DNA of 45,122 nucleotides from an uncultured Gammaproteobacteria bacterium (GTDB taxonomy: Bacteria; Patescibacteriota; Patescibacteriia; 2-01-FULL-39-33): NCBI GenBank assembly GCA_964350585.1, contig CAYGKC010000001.1, positions 4,862 to 49,983 on the forward strand, given 5' to 3'. The stretch's first letter is position 1. Every line of letters begins with the position of its first letter. Below the pieces are notes generated by a model that made no database searches, was not told where the DNA came from, and was given only the letters and a program-made list of their open reading frames with translations. Shown one piece after another: positions 30,601 through 37,165 of this stretch. The position numbers and the translations under genes are program-made.

Positions 30601-31136
30601 CAGACATGCATTGATTTATATCCTTCATAAATCAAACCGCGATCATAAAGCTCTTTAAAAACCCACCACACGCTTTCCATATATTCCAAATCCATTGTTT
30701 TATATGCATTTTCCATATCAGCCCATCTGCCAAATCTGCCAATTGTTTTTTTCCAAACTTCTACGTATTGGAGAACTTTCGATCTGCAATAGGCGTTAAA
30801 CTTTTCAATGCCGTATTCTTCAATATCTTTTTTACTTTTAAAACCAAGTCCCTTTTCAGCAATATTTTCAATTGGCAATCCATGACAATCCCAACCCCAA
30901 CGTCTTTCTACGTAATAACCTTTCATTGTCCAATACCTCGGCACAACATCCTTCATAACACTTGCAACCAAATGTCCGTAATGCGTAGTTCCGGTGGCAA
31001 AAGGCGGTCCATCGTAAAAATTAAATACCGGGCCACTCTTTGTAGCCTCTAAAGTTTTTTCAAAAATTTTATTCTCTTCCCAGAATTTCTGGATTTCTTG
31101 TTCTCTTTCAGAAACAGAGTTGGATTTTTCGGACAT
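27639..31136 (-). CDS. ileS: Isoleucine--tRNA ligase, type 2 (archaeal/eukaryote-like), with inserted histidine-phosphatase domain
   Basis: DGPPFATG..HYGH, GWDCHGLP, WTTTPWTLP, DWSISRQRFW, EGVDQTRAW, KMSKR; upstream T-box with AUC specifier. Confidence 0.97.
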   Translation of the reverse strand: MSEKSNSVSEREQEIQKFWEENKIFEKTLEATKSGPVFNFYDGPPFATGTTHYGHLVASVMKDVVPRYWTMKGYYVERRWGWDCHGLPIENIAEKGLGFKSKKDIEEYGIEKFNAYCRSKVLQYVEVWKKTIGRFGRWADMENAYKTMDLEYMESVWWVFKELYDRGLIYEGYKSMHVCPRCETTLSQQEVSEGYKDIKDLSVTAKFELVSEPLPGLLFERGGEKTFVLAWTTTPWTLPANVALAVGEDVEYVIVEKKDEKTDALVRFIVAKNLVEKFFAGQEYVIAKEFKGSELVGKRYKPLFPYYENEEAKSKIKNAENLYSIVTADFVTTEDGTGVVHIAPAFGEDDMNLGKEKNLPMIQNVTMGGLFTDEVSDFKGLNVKPADDTQKTDVEIIKYLAEKNLLFAKEKYEHSYPHCWRCDTPLINYATSSWFVKVTDVKPKAIKYAKDINWSPEHIKEGRFGKWLEGARDWSISRQRFWASVMPIWKCACGHQEVLGSIEDLRMKSEKKITKITFVRHGESEKNLLNINTCGYDSYGLTKEGKKQVTAMAKNLKGEKFDLILASPTKRTQESAKILGDNLKLDITVEELADEYNWGDWNGWERKKWEGYNDLSQKEKFVFKFAGNGESRADVVERARNLLKKIISEYSGKNILLVSHGGINSAIHKALTDCDLDEYCVWEGIDYMKTSNFYLMENGKVLDLHKDVIDDFYLTCPKCEGKMSRIPDVLDTWFDSGSMPYAQQHYPFENKEKFDASFPAQFIAEGVDQTRAWFYYLHVIASAIKDNRAFTNVIANGIVLAEDGKKMSKRLQNYPEPEIVMDKYGADALRYYLLSSPVMSAENMNFSEAGVKESLQKIVMLIGNILNFYKMYETENISVEKLSPKNILDKWLFAKLNALIAEVTKNMESYDLPRSVRPIQDFIDEFSTWWLRRSRDRLKLGSESEKKEALAVFKFTLIELSKIMAPFVPFISEYLYKQICSQKESVHLESWPKAGKTDDEILLQMENVRKIVEMGLAARSENGIKIRQPLASLKFPNANFKFKENEAMYFDLIKEEVNVKEVTASEGDKVELDLVLTEELKLEGMVRELIRTINEIRKQQGLSINDKVKVYWQSSSEVINKTISSAKYNEELKKNTICEEFVQQETEAPEVKLNGENIKIVVKKI
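30467..30500. repeat. Short GC-rich palindromic element in frame in ileS
   Basis: Minus strand CCCCTCCCCGGCCTCCTCTTCGAAAGGGGAGGAG encodes PLPGLLFERGG just before the WTTTPWT motif. Confidence 0.6.
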
Positions 31137-31156
31137 ATATTTATTAATTATTTCAT

Positions 31157-31312
31157 AAAAAAAACCGCAATGGATCCAAGAGCTCCTAATGGAGCGGTAC
31201 CATCTCGGTTTATGCTTAATTACAGCTTTTACGGGCTTACCCGATCGGTTCTACTTTTGCGCAATGCAATTTCTTCCGATTAGCTTCTATGGTGATAGCC
31301 ATAGTCAAGCGC
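31157..31312 (-). promoter_or_regulatory. Ile T-box riboswitch with ultrashort Stem I
   Basis: Stem I CTATGG-CT[ATC]A-CCATAG; Stem II TCGGAAGAA...AGTAGAACCGA; Stem IIA CGGG-TAAG-CCCG; antiterminator GAGA-TGGTACC-GCTCC/GGAGC-TCTT; T8 tract before ileS. Confidence 0.9.
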
Positions 31313-31333
31313 TTTTTTATATATTGTATTTAA

Positions 31334-31362
31334 ATTTTAACAAAATTCCTAAAAATTGTCAA
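31334..31362 (-). promoter_or_regulatory. Sigma70 promoter of the ileS leader
   Basis: TTGACA-N17-TAAAAT with TGn. Confidence 0.75.
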
Positions 31363-31392
31363 AAAATTATTTTATATAAATTTAGAAAAAAA

Positions 31393-31421
31393 TCAATGCT
31401 TCAGACTGTCTGAAGCATTGA
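31393..31421 (-). terminator. Hairpin/terminator after ferredoxin
   Basis: tcaatgcttcagac-t-gtctgaagcattga inverted repeat with T-tract on the minus strand. Confidence 0.7.
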
Positions 31422-31448
31422 ATAAAAATTGACTTTTTTATATAAGAA

Positions 31449-31631
31449 TTATTCTTCCCATTCAATAGCTCCAACGGCACATCCACCCATTGCTGTTTCA
31501 ATATTTGTTTTATTGGCATCATAATCACCTTCCAATACTATAGCTTTACCTTCTATTATTTTAAAAATTTCCGGACAAATTGATTCGCATGCACTGCAAC
31601 CAACGCAATTTTCATTAATTTTAGGTTTCAT
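31449..31631 (-). CDS. Monocluster ferredoxin
   Basis: CVGCSACESICP and a distal CAVGAI. Confidence 0.9.
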   Translation of the reverse strand: MKPKINENCVGCSACESICPEIFKIIEGKAIVLEGDYDANKTNIETAMGGCAVGAIEWEE

Positions 31632-31655
31632 TTTTTTAAATTTATTATTCGTTGC

Positions 31656-32036
31656 TTAATCACTTACCAACTCCTTTACTTTTTCTGCCAAAGTCTTTGG
31701 GGTATAGTCCGATTTGATTAAAAAATCAGTCGCTCCGCAATTTTTTGCCAGTTCTATCTGTTTTTTTTGCGTCAAATTGCTCCAAGCATAAATTTTAGCA
31801 CTTTTATATTTTGGATTCTGCCTGATTTTTTTTAAAACCTCAAATCCGTCTACTTCAGGCATAAACAAATCCAAAAGAACTAAATCATATAAATCTTTCT
31901 GCATGAAATCAAACGCCTGCGCCCCATCATAGGCAATAGTCACCTCAATATCCAACATGCGCATTTGCATACTGTATATTTCAGCCAAATCCTTTTCATC
32001 TTCAACCATTAATATTTTTATTTTGCCGTTTGCCAT
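31656..32036 (-). CDS. Stand-alone response regulator receiver (CheY-like)
   Basis: ILMVEDE, VLLDLFMPEVDGFEVL, GATDFLIK. Start moved to the ATG at 32036 because the upstream codons are the TGCTATAAT promoter. Confidence 0.9.
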   Translation of the reverse strand: MANGKIKILMVEDEKDLAEIYSMQMRMLDIEVTIAYDGAQAFDFMQKDLYDLVLLDLFMPEVDGFEVLKKIRQNPKYKSAKIYAWSNLTQKKQIELAKNCGATDFLIKSDYTPKTLAEKVKELVSD

Positions 32037-32079
32037 AACAATATTATAGCACAAAAATAAAATATTCTACATATATTTT

Positions 32080-33783
32080 CTACATCCGCTCCAATTCTTC
32101 AATTCCCATTAAATTCAAACCGTTTTTTAAAACTTGCCTGACGCAGGAAATTAAAAACAGCCTTGCTTTTTTTGTTTCTCCATCTGACTTTAGAATTGGA
32201 ACTGACTCATAAAATTTTGAAAACATCTTCGCCAGTTCAAAAAGATAAAGCGTCAGCGCGCTTGGATCTAAATCTTGCGCGCAAGCAGAGATAACCTCGG
32301 GGAACTCTGACATTTTAATTGTCAATTCCTTGCCGATAACACTGTCGAGCTTTGAAAAATCTATCTTTTCCTGGGCCGATTCCTTTTTTAAAATACTGTT
32401 TATCCTGCTGATGGTGTATTGCAGATATGGCCCGGTGAATCCGTCAAACCTCAACGCTTCATTTATATCAAAAACAATTATATTTTTATTGCCTGTTCTT
32501 AACATGCTGAATTTAATCGCTGAAAGAGCAATTTTTTCTGAAGTTTCCTTAATTTTTTGCTCAGTCCAATCTTCATGTCTTATTTTGGTTTCTTTTGAAG
32601 CTAATCTTATAGCTTCATACAAAAAATCTTCAAAAGGAATAATATTGCCTTTCCTTGATGACATGGCGCCCTCTTTTAGCGTCACGAATTCATAGCCAAT
32701 ATGAACCATGGGCTTATTTATTCCAATAATCTCTAGAGTTTTAAAAAGTTGCTGGAAATAAAAACTCTGCCTGTTATCAATAATATAAAAACTTTTATCT
32801 ATTTTATATTTTTCAAATTTAAGCTTCGCCAAGGCAATGTCTTTAGTCGAGTAAAGCGAAGAGCCATCTGATTTAAGAAGCAATAAACTTTTTAAATTGT
32901 GTTTTTCCAGATTAATTATTACTGCGCCTTGAGATTTTTCTGCGACTCCCTTTTCCAAGAGTTCCTCTACAATCTTTTTGCCGGGCTTTTCAACTTGGCT
33001 TTCATAAAAGCAGTGATTAAATTCAGCACCGAGAGTTTTGTAAATTTCATTTAGCTCATCAAGACTCCATTGGCGCGTTTTCTTCCAAAGCGCAATCCAG
33101 TATTTATCACCTGCTTCTAACTTTCTCTGCACTTCCTCAGTTTCTTTTTTATAATCCTCATTTTGTTCCACCTTAGCTACCGCCTCACTGTAAATAGCTC
33201 CCAAATATTTGCCTTTATTTTCAGGAAGTTTTTCTTCTTTATGGAATTTTTCCAAACACCAAAGACATTTCGCCACATGAGAACCGATATCACCGATATA
33301 GTTAACGGGAATTATTTTTTTTCCGGCAAATTTATTAATATTAACCAAAGATATTCCCAAAGCAACATTTCTGACATGACCTACATGGAATTCTTTATGA
33401 GTGTTCGGACCTGAATATTCGATCATTGTTTTCTCTTTGGAAGTTGCCGTAAAACTGCCAAACTTATTACCTTTATTATTTATCTCCTTTAAAACTTTTT
33501 GGCTAAGATTCTTCTGATTAATGACAAAGTTTACATAAGGCCCGGAGTTGCTTACTGATTCTATAAAACTGGTGAGAGAAATTTTATTTTTTATTTCTTC
33601 TGCAATCCTATTTGGAGAAAGGCCGGTTAATTTCGAAAAATAAAAGCAAGGAACGGCAAAATCTCCCATTTCTTTCTGCGGAGGCACATTGACTTCTATA
33701 TTTTTTTCGTCAATTTGCTGTCCTAGCGCTTTATTTATGGCTTCTCTTATCTCTTTTTTTATTTTATAAATGGTATAGTCCAT
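32080..33783 (-). CDS. argS: Arginine--tRNA ligase
   Basis: GDFA, GPYVNF, EYSGPNTHKEFHVGH, KSDGSSLY, MSSRKG, GPYLQY. Confidence 0.97.
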   Translation of the reverse strand: MDYTIYKIKKEIREAINKALGQQIDEKNIEVNVPPQKEMGDFAVPCFYFSKLTGLSPNRIAEEIKNKISLTSFIESVSNSGPYVNFVINQKNLSQKVLKEINNKGNKFGSFTATSKEKTMIEYSGPNTHKEFHVGHVRNVALGISLVNINKFAGKKIIPVNYIGDIGSHVAKCLWCLEKFHKEEKLPENKGKYLGAIYSEAVAKVEQNEDYKKETEEVQRKLEAGDKYWIALWKKTRQWSLDELNEIYKTLGAEFNHCFYESQVEKPGKKIVEELLEKGVAEKSQGAVIINLEKHNLKSLLLLKSDGSSLYSTKDIALAKLKFEKYKIDKSFYIIDNRQSFYFQQLFKTLEIIGINKPMVHIGYEFVTLKEGAMSSRKGNIIPFEDFLYEAIRLASKETKIRHEDWTEQKIKETSEKIALSAIKFSMLRTGNKNIIVFDINEALRFDGFTGPYLQYTISRINSILKKESAQEKIDFSKLDSVIGKELTIKMSEFPEVISACAQDLDPSALTLYLFELAKMFSKFYESVPILKSDGETKKARLFLISCVRQVLKNGLNLMGIEELERM

Positions 33784-33856
33784 TAGTGAATATTAGCAAA
33801 AAATGGTTATAAAAACAAGAATCTCTTTATAAATAAAAAATTTTAAAAAATAAAAA

Positions 33857-33885
33857 GTGCGAGTCCAACCGAAGTTAGATCGCAC
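33857..33885 (-). terminator. Intrinsic terminator with C(UUCG)G loop
   Basis: Minus strand GTGCGA-TCTAAC-TTCG-GTTGGA-C-TCGCAC followed by T5. Confidence 0.8.
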
Positions 33886-33951
33886 CTTGTAAATCGAAGG
33901 CTAAAGGCCAAGGGAACTTTACCAGTCAAGTATCCCAGGACCAAGAGCACA

Positions 33952-34704
33952 CTATCCGAGGAACGATACAGCACCAGAGCAATGGTCAATCGAGACTCCG
34001 ACATTATCTGTGAGAGTTAAGCTCAGGTTATAAATAAATGACTTCGCACATAGCGAACTGTCGCCGTGGTCAACCTCCAAACCGCTATAATCGATACCTG
34101 GGCAAGTCCATTCACTGGCGAGAATTGTGGGATGCAGAGACAGTATGGAGAAGCCATCATAGCCGCCTGCAACGGAGAGGCCCAGTTTAATTAATACGGG
34201 CTGAGGCGTCCGCTGAACCGTCACGGGCCAACAACGCATGCAATCAGCCACATAAACGAACGGCGTCCATTCTTTGACCGCCAAGATGCGTTCGTGCCCC
34301 GTTCCCTGTACAGACTGGACGCGACCCTTTAGCTTACCAGGGCCATAGAAAACATTACCAAGAAACTCCTTCTTATAACCCCGTTCAATCGCCTTGATGT
34401 AGACGGCCAAGTTCGTACCAATATCGCCTTGGGGGCTAGGTGGCAAAAGGCCTGGCAGAATAACATTCTGGCAGATATTCGGCATCGCCAGTAACAGACG
34501 CGCTCGCTTCTCGTTAAACTGAGCTTCGAATTCACCTGCGGTAACTGGCACTTTCGTCTCGAAGTTATAGCTCGAGATCTCAACCAACTCCTGAAAATCA
34601 AACTTAGCATGCTCCAACTTAAATTTCTTGTTTGGCTGCTTCACTGGCTGAATAAATTGTCCATTTTCCAGCACCAAGTCTGATGCCCTAAGCCTTGTCG
34701 CCAT
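33952..34704 (-). CDS. Hypothetical protein (250 aa), GC-richer than neighbours
   Basis: Long ORF with AAGGAG SD and its own terminator. Confidence 0.75.
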   Translation of the reverse strand: MATRLRASDLVLENGQFIQPVKQPNKKFKLEHAKFDFQELVEISSYNFETKVPVTAGEFEAQFNEKRARLLLAMPNICQNVILPGLLPPSPQGDIGTNLAVYIKAIERGYKKEFLGNVFYGPGKLKGRVQSVQGTGHERILAVKEWTPFVYVADCMRCWPVTVQRTPQPVLIKLGLSVAGGYDGFSILSLHPTILASEWTCPGIDYSGLEVDHGDSSLCAKSFIYNLSLTLTDNVGVSIDHCSGAVSFLG

Positions 34705-34839
34705 AATGACAACTCCTTTCCTGATTTATGGGTTGCCTTATCTATTATGTACTACACTATAAATCTTTGAGATTTACAGAATTTTCCTTTTTATTAGGAA
34801 TATATCAGCCTAACATTCTTATGGAATTCAGTCAATAGT

Positions 34840-34868
34840 TTGACCAAAATACAAGATTATTATATTAT
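34840..34868 (+). promoter_or_regulatory. Sigma70 promoter of the Thr T-box leader
   Basis: TTGACC-N17-TATTAT, just upstream of the leader. Confidence 0.6.
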
Positions 34869-34875
34869 TATATTA

Positions 34876-35052
34876 AGCGATTGGAATGGATACCAACCAT
34901 TCTCCTCTTGCAGGATCCGCCACGGCGGACTAAGCTAACAGATGAAGTGTCCGCCTCTGGCGGAAACTTGGGTGGAACCGCGGGAAGATGTTAAATCTCT
35001 CGTCCCAATAATATGCTATAATAAGCGTATAATTGGGATGGGAGATTTTTTT
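34876..35052 (+). promoter_or_regulatory. Thr T-box riboswitch (minimal; ultrashort Stem I)
   Basis: Hairpin GGAATGG-AT[ACC]AA-CCATTCT; T-box AACTTGGG-TGGAACC-GCGGGA...TCTCGT-CCCAA; terminator ATCTCTCGTCCCAAT...ATTGGGATGGGAGAT followed by T-tract; thrS downstream on the same strand. Confidence 0.85.
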
Positions 35053-35066
35053 AATTAAACAAAAAT

Positions 35067-36377
35067 ATGGAAAAAGAAAAAAATAAAAAGACAAGTCAAA
35101 TGGAACTGCTTTATGCAGAAACGCAAGACGATAATGAATTTTTAGAAATACTTTTCAAAAGTGGTTTTGTTAAAAAAATTGGTGAAGGAGCAAGGGGCGT
35201 AGTTTTTGCCATTGACTTCTCTCAAATGGATGATTTGCAACTTGAAAAAATAAAAAAAATATTTCCGGAATTGGAAAATGAACAAAACTCTCCTGAAAAA
35301 AAAGCGGCGAAGCTTATAAAAATATTCTCCACGGAAACTGCAGTAGATGAAATGAATAAACAAAACCTGGCTAATTCCATCCTGGAACACGAGGACTCGC
35401 CCGTAAAAGGTATTGTTAGCGCTCCAGTGGCAGATGAAGTACATAAAATTAAAATCAGAGATAAGGATTTAGCAAGAGAACTTTCAGAAATCCATAATGT
35501 AAAAATTGTTCAAAGCAATCCCCAAGCATGCTTTATTCTTATGGATTATATTGAAGGCCAAACCTTTGAAGAAATCGAAGCAAAAGAAGTACTGAGAAGG
35601 AATGTTGAGAAAGTAAAAGAAAGATATAAACTAGCTGATGCTGAACCATTCATAGCCGGCCTAAAAGAGGATAACTTAAGAAATGTTGTTATGGAAATAA
35701 CTGGCAACATAGAAAGCAGGGAATTCTTGGATTACTGTGATTCACTGGGCAAAAAATTAAAGGGTTCAAAAACATTCGAAAAGAAAACTTACGAAGCTGT
35801 TAAAGAAGCTTTAGAATGGCTCCATAAAAACGGTTTTTATCATCGAGATTTGCATCTTGGAAATTTAATGCTAGGCAAAGACGGAAAAATTTACATTATT
35901 GATTTTGACCAATCAAAGCTTATTGATCCTTCAAATCAGGAAGATGTTGTAAACGTTTATAATGTTGAAATAGATCCGTCAAGAGGCGTTAAAAGGCAAA
36001 AAGTGCAAGATGGTTGGGTAGTTAAACACTTATACGGCATTACATCGGATCAAGAAGCCATCAATCAAGATAGAAAAGCCAATCTTCAAAGAGAGTCCTT
36101 AATTAACGTCTTTTCTAAAATTCCTTTATTTAATAATTTTATAAAAAATAACGATAAACTGTCGTTTCCAGATATGGTTGTTAACTTTGCAAATAGCCAT
36201 TGCACGCCTGGATTAGGATCAGAACATACGGAGTATATTATTGCCGGACTTATCGCCTTAAGCAATGAAGGAAAAACAAATGAAGCAATTGATTTCGCCA
36301 CAAAAAAACTAAATACCCAAATTCCTGCAAGACAGCATAATTTATATTCTAATTTTATTGAATACGTTTCAATATAA
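35067..36377 (+). CDS. Protein kinase-like fold protein (436 aa)
   Basis: IGEGARGVVF Gly-rich loop, AAK Lys, MDYIEG hinge, HRDLHLGN catalytic loop, IIDFD. Confidence 0.85.
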   Translation: MEKEKNKKTSQMELLYAETQDDNEFLEILFKSGFVKKIGEGARGVVFAIDFSQMDDLQLEKIKKIFPELENEQNSPEKKAAKLIKIFSTETAVDEMNKQNLANSILEHEDSPVKGIVSAPVADEVHKIKIRDKDLARELSEIHNVKIVQSNPQACFILMDYIEGQTFEEIEAKEVLRRNVEKVKERYKLADAEPFIAGLKEDNLRNVVMEITGNIESREFLDYCDSLGKKLKGSKTFEKKTYEAVKEALEWLHKNGFYHRDLHLGNLMLGKDGKIYIIDFDQSKLIDPSNQEDVVNVYNVEIDPSRGVKRQKVQDGWVVKHLYGITSDQEAINQDRKANLQRESLINVFSKIPLFNNFIKNNDKLSFPDMVVNFANSHCTPGLGSEHTEYIIAGLIALSNEGKTNEAIDFATKKLNTQIPARQHNLYSNFIEYVSI

Positions 36378-36427
36378 AAATCGACCATATGTATGGTCCA
36401 ATTACAAAGAGAAAAATAAAATAATTT

Positions 36428-37162
36428 ATGAGTAAGAGATTTAATGGAGAATCAAACCGAGCAGAACTTCATACAAATAATCAAGAAAAAGAAATTGTTG
36501 AAGATAGAATAAGCTTTAATGATTTACTGTTTATTATTCATAAATCATTGGGGCTTCGCCACGTATCCTCTAAGGAAGTAGCAGAACATGAAATTAAAAA
36601 TGGCACTAAAGGTGATGCGCTTGCCATATCAGGAGCATTTAAATTATTGAGCGATAAAAACAAAGAGCGCTTAACAGAAAATGAGATATACAAAATAGGA
36701 CAAAAATTTAAGGTAAGTATAAATTCATTATTGAAAGAATATCCGCAACTACTCGACAAAGAAGCTCAAGATCAACTCTTACAAACGTTTAGTGAAAAGG
36801 TAAAAGAATTTATATCTGTAAGTTTTAATTTAGATATAAATGAAGAAAATTCATATTTGAAACTTAATGAAATAATTAAAATTTTAATAAAAAAAGCACC
36901 TTCATTTTTAATTGTTACATCTAATGAAAAAGGCGGCTACGATGAAAACAAATATCACGGACTCGGTAAATTCGGTATTAATTCAATTGAATCATTTTTA
37001 ACAAACATATATCTGGATACCGAAGACTTTTCTGATTTGAATTTGCCGTTAGACTCAACTATGGATGACAAACTATTTCAACACTTATGCGATTTTATGA
37101 CACATAAAATATTCATAAAATTTAGTAAAGCTATTAAAGAAATGAGAAAAAATAATCAATAA
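36428..37162 (+). CDS. Hypothetical protein (244 aa)
   Basis: Open frame ending 3 nt before thrS; no motif recognised. Confidence 0.7.
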   Translation: MSKRFNGESNRAELHTNNQEKEIVEDRISFNDLLFIIHKSLGLRHVSSKEVAEHEIKNGTKGDALAISGAFKLLSDKNKERLTENEIYKIGQKFKVSINSLLKEYPQLLDKEAQDQLLQTFSEKVKEFISVSFNLDINEENSYLKLNEIIKILIKKAPSFLIVTSNEKGGYDENKYHGLGKFGINSIESFLTNIYLDTEDFSDLNLPLDSTMDDKLFQHLCDFMTHKIFIKFSKAIKEMRKNNQ

Positions 37163-37165
37163 AAT

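Noticed and set aside
33784..33950. T-box upstream of argS (also checked upstream of hisS)
   Set aside because: No UGGNACC antiterminator; only promoter-like elements and the upstream gene's terminator.
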